Positions 41,584 to 52,400 of a stretch of 64,000 nucleotides of DNA are shown here, in pieces (the stretch's first letter is position 1; each line of letters starts with the position of its first letter). The stretch lies in the sequence record SRR31156797_1402; one strand, 5' to 3'. Position numbers and translations under genes: made by a program. The notes below the pieces were generated by a model, which had not been told where the DNA came from, did no database searches, and saw only the letters and a list, made by a program, of their open reading frames with translations.

Positions 41584-44500
41584 ATGTTTAATGAATTTGC
41601 CAAAGACAGAATTATACTTTTCGACGGTGCGATGGGAACATCCATCCAGAACTACGATATCGGTGAAGATATCTGGCAGGGGAATAGTGGATGCAGCGAA
41701 TGGCTGAACGTTGCCGCACCAGAGATAATTCAGGAGATACACGAAACTTATCTTGAGGCTGGAGCTGATGTTGTCGAAACCAACACCTTCGGCGGAACTG
41801 AGCTTGTAATGTCCGAATACGACCTTCAGGACAGAACCTATGAGCTTAACCTGCTAGGTGCACAGATAGCGAGACGTGCGGCTGATAAATATGGCAAATT
41901 CGTAGCTGGTTCCATCGGGCCCGGGACAAAGCTCCCGTCACTGGCACAGATTAGCTATGACGACCTTTATACTATGTATCGTTCACAGGCGGAAGCGCTC
42001 CATGAGGGTAAAGTCGACCTCTTCATAATCGAAACTTGTCAGGACTTACTACAGATAAAATCAGCAATTAATGCTGTTATAGATGTTAAAGCTGAAAAGA
42101 AATCTGACGCACCTATTATGGTATCTATCACTGTTGAGCAGAATGGAACCATGCTGATGGGTACAGATATTGCGGCGGCAGTAACGCTCCTTCGTGAGTA
42201 TCCGCTCTTCTCCATAGGTCTTAACTGTTCCACAGGGCCAGACCTTATGCATAACCCTATTAAAATACTTGCTGAAAACTATAACGGGCGCATTTCATGC
42301 ATACCTAACGCTGGTCTACCTGAAAACAAAGGCGGTCAGATGGTTTATAACATGACACCGGATAACCTCGGTGTGATCATCTCTGAGCTTGTTCAGGAAT
42401 TCCCTATCGGCGTCTTAGGCGGATGTTGTGGTACTACACCTGATCACATAAAAGCTCTCAGACCTGTTGCTGATAAATATAAGCCCAATAAGCCTACTGC
42501 TAAAGAGTATACAGGCGAAGCTTCGTCACTCTACATAGCAACATCTATTCTTCAGGAACCTGCACCTGCTCTCATCGGTGAGCGTGCTAATGCTAACGGT
42601 TCAAAGGCTTTCCGTGAGCTTCTCCTCGCAGAAGATTTCGAAGGGATGCTCGCTGTGGCTAAAGAGCAGGAAGAGACTGGCGCACACTTCATCGATGCCT
42701 GCGTTGCTTATGCGGGACGAGATGAAAAAGCTGACATGAGTCAGTTCATGAACCTATTAAATAAAACACTTACAGCTCCTGTGGTTATCGACTCCACAGA
42801 GCCTGACGTTATAGAGCTGGCGCTTAAGCACTGTGCCGGCAAACCTGTCATCAACTCTATCAACTTCGAAGACGGCGGCGAAAAACTGCATAAAACCCTT
42901 CAGGCTGTAAAGCAGCATCCGTCAGCAGTAATAGCCCTCACCATCGACGAAGAGGGGATGGCTATGACAGCAGAACGTAAATTTGAAATAGCTGAAAGGA
43001 TTTACAAAGTTTTCACAGAAGAGTACGGACTCAACCCTAACGACCTGATCTTCGATCCGCTCACCTTTTCGATCGGTAGTGGTGACAAAACTCTCGTTGA
43101 TGCAGCTATCCAGACAAACACCGCAATCAAGATGATCAAAGACAAGCTTCCGGGTGCAAAAACTGTACTAGGGCTTTCGAATATATCATTCGGTCTCTCA
43201 AAAGAGAGCAGACCTATACTTAACTCAGTATTTCTCCATCAGGCGGTGGAGCACGGGCTGGATATGGCTATTGTTCACGCTTCTAAGGTTATGCCTGAGG
43301 CGTTACTCGATGTTGAAGATATAAAACGCTGCAACGACTTACTCGCTGGAAAAGATGATGCACTCTCAGCATTTATCGAGCATTTCAGCAAAAAAGAGGG
43401 AATCGTTGAACAGGAAGTAGCTACTGACCTTCCACCTGAAGAGATGCTTAGAGCCCTCATCAAAAAAGGACGTAAAGCCGGACTCGATGATGTACTTTCT
43501 GCGTTGATGGAAAAGATGAAGCCTATCGAAATCATCAACAACATCATGCTTGATACTATGAAAGAGATAGGAGTCCTTTTCGGAGCTGGAAAGATGCTTC
43601 TACCATTTGTTCTACAGTCAGCAGAGGCTATGAAAGCGGCCGTATCAATACTTGAGCCGCATATGGAAAAAAATGACGCAGATGCAAGGGGAACAGTTGT
43701 ACTAGCAACCGTAAAAGGTGATGTACACGATATAGGTAAGAACCTTGTAGATATTATACTTTCTAATAACGGATACATAGTGCATAACCTCGGGATAAAG
43801 ATATCAGTTGAAGATATGATCGCTAAAGCTCTCGAAGTTGATGCGGATGCTATCGGTATGAGCGGACTTCTTGTTAAATCTACGAACATTATGCGAGATA
43901 ACATTGATGAGATAAAAAGGCAGGGGCTTGATAAGAAAATACTTCTTGGTGGTGCAGCACTTACGGAGAAATTCGTAAATAATGACTGCATTCCGATTAT
44001 GCCGGGTAAAGTTAGCTACTGCCGAGATGCATTCGATGCGCTCAAAGTTCTCAGTGGTGAAAGTGAAGGCGGCAGCGCACCGGAAACAACTTACGCTGAT
44101 AGGAGCGCAAAAGCGAGACCTGTACAAAAAGCTGAACTTACAGACATACCTAATGCTCCATTTACTGGCTTTAAGAACTTTGAAAACATAGAGATAGACC
44201 CCATACTTGAATATATGAACAAGCTTGCACTTTTCTCTCATAGATGGGGTTACAGCAAAAAAGGAATGTCTGATCATGAACATGATAAGCTCATAAAAGA
44301 AACTGTTATACCAGAGTTTAATGACACTGTTCAGGAGATTAAGGATAAAAACTTGCTCCATATGGGTATCAGGTACGGGTACTTTCCGTGTAACTCTGAC
44401 GGCGAAGAACTCATTGTTTATAACGAAGACGGAAGCGAACTCTCAAGGTTTGCATTCCCAAGGCAAAACCTAGAAGACGGAGCGTGCCTTGCAGACTACT

Positions 44501-44934
44501 TCTACCCTGTATCATCAGGAAAGAAAGATGTTGTTGCGTTTCATATAGTTACAGCTGGTAACAGAGCGGCAGAGTATTGCCAGGAGCTTTTCAAAAATAA
44601 CGAATACAAAAAATATTACCAGTTCCACGGGTTCTTTACAGAGTTCGCAGAGGCGATGGCAGAATACGCACATAAGATGATCCGAAAAGAACTTAACATC
44701 GATGGCAAGGACGCTAAATCAGCCCACGGTATAATTTCTCTCGGCTATCAGGGGCGCAGATACAGCTTCGGCTACCCTTCATGTCCTGACCTTGAGCAGA
44801 ATACTCAGCTTGATGGTATAATGGATTTTTCTAAGATAGACGTGACAGTTACAGAAAACCACGAGATGGTTTCTGAATATACAACATGCGCCATAATTGT
44901 GCACAATAAAACAGCGGAGTATTTTACAATATAG
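41584..44934 (+). CDS. metH: cobalamin-dependent methionine synthase
   Basis: FDGAMGT, GLNCS, GGCCGT, IGERAN, DVHDIGKN, SGLL, RYSFGYPSCPDL. Confidence 0.97.
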   Translation: MFNEFAKDRIILFDGAMGTSIQNYDIGEDIWQGNSGCSEWLNVAAPEIIQEIHETYLEAGADVVETNTFGGTELVMSEYDLQDRTYELNLLGAQIARRAADKYGKFVAGSIGPGTKLPSLAQISYDDLYTMYRSQAEALHEGKVDLFIIETCQDLLQIKSAINAVIDVKAEKKSDAPIMVSITVEQNGTMLMGTDIAAAVTLLREYPLFSIGLNCSTGPDLMHNPIKILAENYNGRISCIPNAGLPENKGGQMVYNMTPDNLGVIISELVQEFPIGVLGGCCGTTPDHIKALRPVADKYKPNKPTAKEYTGEASSLYIATSILQEPAPALIGERANANGSKAFRELLLAEDFEGMLAVAKEQEETGAHFIDACVAYAGRDEKADMSQFMNLLNKTLTAPVVIDSTEPDVIELALKHCAGKPVINSINFEDGGEKLHKTLQAVKQHPSAVIALTIDEEGMAMTAERKFEIAERIYKVFTEEYGLNPNDLIFDPLTFSIGSGDKTLVDAAIQTNTAIKMIKDKLPGAKTVLGLSNISFGLSKESRPILNSVFLHQAVEHGLDMAIVHASKVMPEALLDVEDIKRCNDLLAGKDDALSAFIEHFSKKEGIVEQEVATDLPPEEMLRALIKKGRKAGLDDVLSALMEKMKPIEIINNIMLDTMKEIGVLFGAGKMLLPFVLQSAEAMKAAVSILEPHMEKNDADARGTVVLATVKGDVHDIGKNLVDIILSNNGYIVHNLGIKISVEDMIAKALEVDADAIGMSGLLVKSTNIMRDNIDEIKRQGLDKKILLGGAALTEKFVNNDCIPIMPGKVSYCRDAFDALKVLSGESEGGSAPETTYADRSAKARPVQKAELTDIPNAPFTGFKNFENIEIDPILEYMNKLALFSHRWGYSKKGMSDHEHDKLIKETVIPEFNDTVQEIKDKNLLHMGIRYGYFPCNSDGEELIVYNEDGSELSRFAFPRQNLEDGACLADYFYPVSSGKKDVVAFHIVTAGNRAAEYCQELFKNNEYKKYYQFHGFFTEFAEAMAEYAHKMIRKELNIDGKDAKSAHGIISLGYQGRRYSFGYPSCPDLEQNTQLDGIMDFSKIDVTVTENHEMVSEYTTCAIIVHNKTAEYFTI

Positions 44935-44958
44935 CTACAGAATTAAGACCAAATAAGT

Positions 44959-44987
44959 TTGATTTAATATTAGACTTGTGGTATGGT
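44959..44987 (+). promoter_or_regulatory. putative sigma70 promoter of the superoxide reductase gene
   Basis: TTGATT-N17-TATGGT with TG extension. Confidence 0.45.
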
Positions 44988-45031
44988 TTTTCTGTAAGTA
45001 AAATTAGTCATTAACTAGAGGAGGCACTAAC

Positions 45032-45397
45032 ATGGCAATCGGAGAATTTGTTAAAACTGCAGATTTTAAAACAGAGAAGCACGCACCAGTAGTTGTTGTA
45101 CCGGCAGGTATCAAAGCTGGAGAGGCGTTTGACGTAGAAGTTTCCGTAGGTAAAGAGATCCCTCACCCTAACACTGCTGAGCACTACATCAGCTGGATCT
45201 CAGTATACTTTCAGGCTGCACAGGGACCTATCGTTCAGGTAGCTAGATTTGAGTACACAGCTCACTCTGAAGGCGGCGCTTTCACTGAGCCGGTTTCAAC
45301 TTTCAAGCTCAAGCTCGACAAGCCTGGTACACTTATCGCTACTTCCTACTGTAACCTTCACGGGCTCTGGGAAGGAAGCGCAGAAGTTGCTTTCTAA
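45032..45397 (+). CDS. superoxide reductase (neelaredoxin-type, 1Fe-SOR)
   Basis: EKHAP, HPNTAEHYI, YCNLHGLW iron ligands. Confidence 0.93.
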   Translation: MAIGEFVKTADFKTEKHAPVVVVPAGIKAGEAFDVEVSVGKEIPHPNTAEHYISWISVYFQAAQGPIVQVARFEYTAHSEGGAFTEPVSTFKLKLDKPGTLIATSYCNLHGLWEGSAEVAF

Positions 45398-45423
45398 TTA
45401 GACTTCATAACTTTATAAACAAC

Positions 45424-45453
45424 AAAGCCCACTCTTAAAGGTGGGCTTTTTTT
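45424..45453 (+). terminator. rho-independent terminator, probably bidirectional
   Basis: AAAGCCCACT-6-GGTGGGCTTT then TTTT. Confidence 0.85.
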
Positions 45454-45475
45454 ATATCATAAATTAAGGGAAAAT

Positions 45476-48118
45476 CTATTTACTTAATGCAGCTAAGTTT
45501 TTTATAATCACCTTAGTGGTGTTATGCTCCTCACCTAATGTCTCTTTATAAATCTCAAGTGCCTGCTCAAGATAATCCTTCGCCTCGTCTTTCTTCCCCA
45601 TTCTGTATTTGAGCTCACCAAGATTATTAAGTGTTGAAGCGTAAGAAGTATTCTTAACATCACCGAGAGCTTTTTTACTCTCAAGTGAGTCGAGATAATA
45701 CTGTTCAGCTTTGTCAAAATGCCCCATTCTGGATGTTAGAAAACCTAGGTTATTAAAGCCGAGAGCCGTTTTCTGATGTACTCTCCCGAGCACAGTCTCA
45801 TAAACCTGAGCCGCTTTTTTATAGCCAACCTCGGCATCGGCAAGGTTTCCAGTCAGAAACTGGAGCTGAGCATAATTAGAGTGACTGGTCGCTGTACTAG
45901 GATGATTTTCACCAAAAAGCTCATTCTTTATCTCAAGTGCACGCTTGTGCATATCTTCAGCTTTATCGTATTCTTTATTTTTCTGATAGGCGAAAGCGAG
46001 ATCATTTATTGTCGTAGCAGCAGTTTTACTTTTACTGCCATATGTTTTAGCTGTCTTATCAAGGAGATCCTCATATAACTTTACAGCTTTTTCCGGCTGA
46101 CCATTCTTAAGAACAGTTTTAGCGTAGCTATCCTGACTCTTAAGGGTCTCTTTAGCGAACTCACCATACTTCTCTCTCTTTATGGCGGTTACTTTTTTGT
46201 ATATCTGAACAGCTTTTGCCACATTCTTAGTATCTGCATACACCTCAGCCATATTCTCTTCAGCTTCCAGGCTCGATTCATCGTCAGAAACCTTACCCCT
46301 GTTAAGTATAGCTGCAGCACGCTCAACAAACTGTAGTGACTCACCTTTCTTATTAATACTCTTATAAAAATTAGCAAGCCTGAGCAAACTGTCCGCCACA
46401 TCCTTATGGTCTGCACCGAGAGCATTCTCTCTAACATTAAGCCCATTGAGATAAATAGATTCAGCGGCGTTATAATCTCCCGTACTCATATAGATAGATG
46501 CAAGCTTGTTCATAGGAGCAACTGTCTCAACATTATTTTTACCAAAATGTTCAATAAAATTATCAAGAGTGCTGTTCATAACATTTTCTGCATCTATAGG
46601 TCTGCCAGCTTTAAGGTATAGATATGCGAGAGTATCACTCACAGCGACTGTATCTTCATGTGTTTTGCCAAGTATACCGGCAACATGATCTCTCACTTGC
46701 TCATATATACCGAGCCACATATTGAAGAACTCAGCGGAAAGATATTCTTTCTCTATCCCTCTGAACCATATCATAAATCCATCAATATCAAGTGTCTTGC
46801 TTGCATGATATAATGCTTCGTATAAGTGTAGAGGGAGGTTAAGGTATTCTTCCGTAGACTTAAGCTTATTCATATGAAACTGATAAGCGATATAGTGTAT
46901 ATTCTCTAGCGTCTCAGGGTCGAGCGCCTTAATAGCTTCTTCTCTATACAAGCTTTGCTCTGCGTAAAAACCGCCGCCAAGACGTTCGCAAAATCTAAGA
47001 TCCGTGAAGACCTTTATAGGCAATGTCCTTTGGTCAGTATTACTTACGAATTCAGCTCTTAACTCTTCGAACATGTCGCTATCAAAAATTCTAACCGCAC
47101 TCATCACTTTAGCAAATGTGCTAACTTCATTTTTAAGTGTGCTCATATGTAAATGTACTATGCTCTCAGGGTCAGCCTGATAAATATCTGGAGTTGGTTC
47201 TATGCCGCTCTGCTCTTCAATCATATCAGACGTTTCAACACAGTAACTTATCAGTGCAGGGTTGTGATTAGCATTATCTAGCACTGTCAGAATTACACCC
47301 TCTCTATCTATACCGATAGAGTCAAAGTATGCCATGCCGTCATCCGGCTCAAAGCTTGAAAGCTCAAAAGTTTTTGTTTGCGCACCAGATTTAAGTGCAC
47401 TTAAGCATTCGTTTGATACATATATAAATTTTCCACACTGAGCCTTATCAGCTAGAGTGACACCCCAGCTGTTTCCTGTGTCATCTACAGCAAAAATATT
47501 GTCTGCATTTTCAATGATGATAACCATATCTTTGCCGGACTCTTTCTTATATTCTTTCATTCCTTGGGCAAATGCGGTGATAAGTGATTCCCAGTTGATC
47601 TGATTTTGAGCCTGAAACATTCTCATGACAGATTTTCTGGCATATTTTTCAAACCATTCATCGAGTAGACCATCTTCTACCGCTTTATAAAAGTTACGAC
47701 TGAAGTAAGTTTCTGAGCTGTATTTTGTGAAAACTTTATCTAAAACACTGGAATTATTGTTAAAAATGATAGGCGCTGGTATTGGCATTTTGCCGTTTAT
47801 ATTCTCAATACGCATAAGGTAAAGCAGGTCAAACAGCGCAAAATGATCTGCAAAATCAGCCCCTATCTCTTGCCTGATAGCAAAAAGAGCATTCTCCGGA
47901 AAACGAAGGTGCTCTTTACTGAGATCTATATCTATTATAAATGCTTTCTTATGAAATTTCTCTATCGCCGCTGCTACGAGTGTACTTTTCCCGGTTCCCC
48001 CCGCTCCAAACACATTTACAGCCTGAGCAATATCCTTATGTTCCTGACTTAAAAAATCTACCAATTCGTTTTTCAGCTCGCTTCTTCCAGCGAACCCCGT
48101 CATAGGTAATTCAATCAT
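45476..48118 (-). CDS. P-loop NTPase plus TPR-repeat protein (STAND-like architecture)
   Basis: FAGR..., Walker A GAGGTGKST, Walker B-like MVIIIENAD, C-terminal 42-aa kinesin-light-chain-type TPRs (e.g. GENHPSTATSHSN); RBS AGGAG before ATG 48118. Confidence 0.8.
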   Translation of the reverse strand: MIELPMTGFAGRSELKNELVDFLSQEHKDIAQAVNVFGAGGTGKSTLVAAAIEKFHKKAFIIDIDLSKEHLRFPENALFAIRQEIGADFADHFALFDLLYLMRIENINGKMPIPAPIIFNNNSSVLDKVFTKYSSETYFSRNFYKAVEDGLLDEWFEKYARKSVMRMFQAQNQINWESLITAFAQGMKEYKKESGKDMVIIIENADNIFAVDDTGNSWGVTLADKAQCGKFIYVSNECLSALKSGAQTKTFELSSFEPDDGMAYFDSIGIDREGVILTVLDNANHNPALISYCVETSDMIEEQSGIEPTPDIYQADPESIVHLHMSTLKNEVSTFAKVMSAVRIFDSDMFEELRAEFVSNTDQRTLPIKVFTDLRFCERLGGGFYAEQSLYREEAIKALDPETLENIHYIAYQFHMNKLKSTEEYLNLPLHLYEALYHASKTLDIDGFMIWFRGIEKEYLSAEFFNMWLGIYEQVRDHVAGILGKTHEDTVAVSDTLAYLYLKAGRPIDAENVMNSTLDNFIEHFGKNNVETVAPMNKLASIYMSTGDYNAAESIYLNGLNVRENALGADHKDVADSLLRLANFYKSINKKGESLQFVERAAAILNRGKVSDDESSLEAEENMAEVYADTKNVAKAVQIYKKVTAIKREKYGEFAKETLKSQDSYAKTVLKNGQPEKAVKLYEDLLDKTAKTYGSKSKTAATTINDLAFAYQKNKEYDKAEDMHKRALEIKNELFGENHPSTATSHSNYAQLQFLTGNLADAEVGYKKAAQVYETVLGRVHQKTALGFNNLGFLTSRMGHFDKAEQYYLDSLESKKALGDVKNTSYASTLNNLGELKYRMGKKDEAKDYLEQALEIYKETLGEEHNTTKVIIKNLAALSK

Positions 48119-48125
48119 AAATGAA

Positions 48126-49418
48126 CTAACTCTCCTTTTCAGGCAGTGTCCTAAACCAGACATAGTTTTTGTTAAATACGTTCTTAACAGATTTAACTAT
48201 AGATTCGATGCTGACTTCATTCATCTTTTCTATAAAATTATGGTAATAATCCGCTCTACCAACAGTATAGGAATAGCCTATGTCATTGGCCTCACTAGAC
48301 GATTTCTCCCTCTGAAAAACCGACTGACTCTTAAGCCTGTTTTTTGCCTTCTCAATAGCCTTTTCAGTTAGTATATCACCTAAACCTTCTATAGTCTTCA
48401 TAATTTCTTGTTTTATTTGTTCAGACTTTCCAGGTTGTGCATTATATGTAAACACAAAAGTACCAGTTGTACGCACGCCATAGTAGCCACCACTGATGCT
48501 GTTAACCAAAGGATTATCATATTTCATTTTCATATTAAGCACAGAGAACTCACCGCCTGAGAGCACTTCACCCAGAACCTCAAGTGCATAAACATCACTA
48601 GCAAGAAGCCCTTCGGCGGGAAAGCTGATTACACCATACTCCTGAGAAATGTCTTTTGTGATAGTTTTCTCAATATTATGATCAAGTTTCAGAGTGCTGT
48701 TTTTACTATATAAATCACCAGCAGAAACTGGACGTTTATAGCTGAAATACTGATCCGCAAGATCTTTAACAACCTTATAATCCATGTCACCTACGACTAC
48801 AAGAGTCATATTCTCAGGGTGATAATATCTGTTGTAATAATCCTTTATCATATCCCTTGTAAAAGCATTTACATTCTCTTCTGTACCAATCACTTCACGA
48901 CTGTAAGGAGTTCCTGCAAACATAACCTCAGCAAACTCAGTCCACATATCTGCTGTAGGTCTGTCGAATTTACGTTTGATCTCCTGCACAACAACAGGTT
49001 TCTCTTTCTCTATCTCTTCCGGGATAAATTTTGCCTTAAACACCATCTCACTGATAGTATCAAAAGCGACCTCAGCCTTATGTGAAGGTGTGGTCACATA
49101 ATAAAATGTATAGTCTTTGCTAGTGGCAGCGTTCAAAACGCCACCACTGCTTTCAACGATAGAATCTATATCTCCGGGAGCATATTTTTCTGTCCCTTTA
49201 AAGACCATATGCTCCAAAAAGTGTGAAATACCATTCTCTTTATCTGTCTCATTTACAGAGCCTGTTTTGATCCAAGTCTGAACTGAAACTACTTGTACAT
49301 TAGGGATATGCTTATAGATAAGCGTTATCCCATTGTCTAATTTTTCATTCTGCTGAGCCAAAACATTACCTCCGGTCATTATCATAAGAGCAATCGCTAA
49401 CAGAAGCCTTTTCATCAT
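48126..49418 (-). CDS. M16 family zinc peptidase with signal peptide
   Basis: GISHFLEHMVFKGT (HxxEH), NAATS, EKPVVVQE. Confidence 0.92.
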   Translation of the reverse strand: MMKRLLLAIALMIMTGGNVLAQQNEKLDNGITLIYKHIPNVQVVSVQTWIKTGSVNETDKENGISHFLEHMVFKGTEKYAPGDIDSIVESSGGVLNAATSKDYTFYYVTTPSHKAEVAFDTISEMVFKAKFIPEEIEKEKPVVVQEIKRKFDRPTADMWTEFAEVMFAGTPYSREVIGTEENVNAFTRDMIKDYYNRYYHPENMTLVVVGDMDYKVVKDLADQYFSYKRPVSAGDLYSKNSTLKLDHNIEKTITKDISQEYGVISFPAEGLLASDVYALEVLGEVLSGGEFSVLNMKMKYDNPLVNSISGGYYGVRTTGTFVFTYNAQPGKSEQIKQEIMKTIEGLGDILTEKAIEKAKNRLKSQSVFQREKSSSEANDIGYSYTVGRADYYHNFIEKMNEVSIESIVKSVKNVFNKNYVWFRTLPEKES

Positions 49419-52400
49419 TGAGCGTCGAACCTCCTGATCAGTCCTGTAAACATATCAAGTATCACATTATAAGGGACAAGGCTATCGATCTCACCATTTC
49501 TCACTGTTACAAGAAATGCCTCATAGTTATCAAAGAAGTTCTTTTCAGAGGCTATCATCCTCTCTAGCCACTTCTTATCTTTTGTGCAAGCGTGTTCGAT
49601 AATGTCCTTTTGTATAAGTTTAACCCTAATGAGAACACTTTCAAGGTTTACTCTCTCCCACTCATCTCTGATTTTAACCTGCTTCATACCAGTTGTAAGC
49701 TCGTTTATGCAAAGTTTAAAGCCAACGTCATAGTAGCTATGAAGTACGTCTTTGACAGTTTTTCCATTCTTTATCGCAAGTTCGAAGATATCAAACGCAG
49801 ACTTACTGTATCTTAGGTTGCAAACAAATTTTGCTGTTTTAAGCGGTACACCACGCTCAGTAAAAGACTCAACCATAGCGTCATAGTTTACTTTCATGTC
49901 GCTGGAAATGCTTTTAGGTATCTGAGCAACGATGCTTTCAAATACTTCTTTATTATCAGAGATAAGCTTTCTGTTTGAATCATCAAGCATCCAAGGTGTA
50001 GCGACTTTAAGAGTCTTTTCTACCTCAATAAGTGCTTCATATATAGCTTTCGCCTCAGCTTTGTTATCGAGCTTCTCAAGGCTGTACCTCAGCTCTTTAC
50101 AACCGAGGAGATCCTCTGCTTCGAGATAGCTTATTGCAAGTTTGCTAAAGCTGGCGCTATTGTTTTTGTAAAGCTCAAAGAAGAATGTCGCTCCAGCCTG
50201 ATTAGTTAATCTGTTTATTACAACTGTGGCAGCAATTTCTCGCCTGAGTGAATGTTCATATAACTTGTCTCCAAATTTTTCCTGAGTATCAACAGGGTAA
50301 TAATCCATATACTCACGCCTGACAAGCTCGTGCTCAATATCAAGCTCTGCTTCGATACTGTTGTAAAAGAAAATCTTAGAGTAAGCGAGAACTACACAAA
50401 GCTCCGGTCTTGTCGGTGCTCTATCCTGATCGATAAACTCTATGTTTTCGATTGAGAAATCAAGCAGACCGATGTCACTCAGGTATCTTGCAAGCTCTCT
50501 GTAGACAACAGGATTTTGCTCATATCTCATAGCCGCACAACTAATCACCATAGACTGATGGTAGTTATCAGACAGTACAAGCTTCTCAACCGGCTTGGTC
50601 ATCTTCTCAATATATTTATTTCTCGCTGGGACACTTTCGATAAGCCCTTCACCGAGAAGTTTATCAAACATAATCTTAAGGTTTACTTCGTGGTCGGACA
50701 TATCAACACCGGCAGAGTTATCAAGTGCATCAGTGTTCACACGTACACCTAATATATCAAGCTCGATTCTAGCCCTCTGAGTAACACCAAGGTTACCACC
50801 CTCTCCGATAACTTTGAACCTGCACTCAGGAGCGCTGATTCTGAGGTTATCATTTCCAGGGTCACCAACCTGTGCATTTGTTTCAGCAGATGACTTGATG
50901 TAGGTACCGATGCCACCATTCCAGAAAAGCTCACCTTCCATCCTAAGGATAAGATTGATAAGTTCTTCGCCTGTAACGACATTTAAATCAGTACCAAGCA
51001 TTTCTTTCACTCTTTTCTTGAGCTCAATTTTCTTAGCTGAACGGTCATAGATTGCACCATGCTCAGAAAGAGCATCTTTGCTGTAATCTTTCCACGTTGC
51101 AGCAGTTGCAAGCTTAAATAATCTCTGTCTTTCGATAAAACTAATCTCAGGATCCGGATCCGGATCGATAAAGATGTGAATATGGTTGAAAGCAGCCTGA
51201 AGTTTTATCTGTCTTGACAGTAACATACCATTACCAAAAACATCACCAGCCATATCTCCTACAGCGGCAACAGTAAATGGTTCTTTCTGTATATCTTTGC
51301 CCATCTCACGGAAGTGACGCTTAACAGATTCCCAAGCACCCTTTGCGGTGATACCAACTTTTTTATGGTCGTAACCAGTGCTACCGCCGGATGCAAAACC
51401 ATCACCAAGCCAGAAGCCGTTATCAACAGAAACTGAGTTTGCAAGGTCGCTGAATGTCGCAGTACCTTTATCAGCAGCAACAACTAGATATGGGTCTGGA
51501 TCGTCATAAAGCTTCACATTATCAGGATGAACAATCTTAGTCCCTTTATAATTATCAGTAATATCAAGCAGTGCTTTGATATAGTTCTTATACTGCTTAA
51601 CAACATTTTCTCTATCTGCGTTTCTATCAGCAAGTCGGTTTTTAACGATGAATCCACCCTTCGAACCGACAGGAACGATAACTGCATTCTTCACCATCTG
51701 CGCCTTAACAAGCCCGAGGACTTCTGTACGGAAGTCGTCAATTCTGTCAGAAAATCTCAGTCCACCCCTTGCGACCTTACCGCCACGAAGGTGAACACCG
51801 TCCATCTGCGCTGAATGTACAAATATCTCAAACATAGGTCTAGGCTCATGGATGATATCAAGTGTGCTTGAAGCTATCTTAAATGATATGTACTCACGCT
51901 CAGGTGTACGGAAGTAGTTTGTACGGACTATGCCGCCTATAACCCAGATGTAGTAACGAAGAGCCTTGTCTTCTGCTACGGACTGGACAAGGTCTATACC
52001 ACCCATAATATTCTCTATTATCGAATCGCAGTCAGGTTTCTTAATCGCAGGATCATACTTATGCTCAAACAGCTTAACTATGAGCATAGCAACGTCAGCG
52101 TTATTAAGAAGCGCATTATTAAGTGTTTTAAGTGTAAAGCTTGATTCTATCTGTCGGATAAAATTTCTAAGACCACGAAGGAGACCTATCTGTCTGTAAG
52201 TGAGTTTTTTACTCATCGCAAGACCATTAAGCCTGTCACTTTCGACAAATCCAGTCAGAACTTTGCTTATGAGCTCCGGAATAATCCCTTTATACTCATC
52301 ACAAAATCCATCAGGATCTTCAATATCAGCAAAATATACAGCGTTGATATATTTTATCTTATCAGGGAATGCAAGCTCGTATGTGTCCTCTTCGTAAACC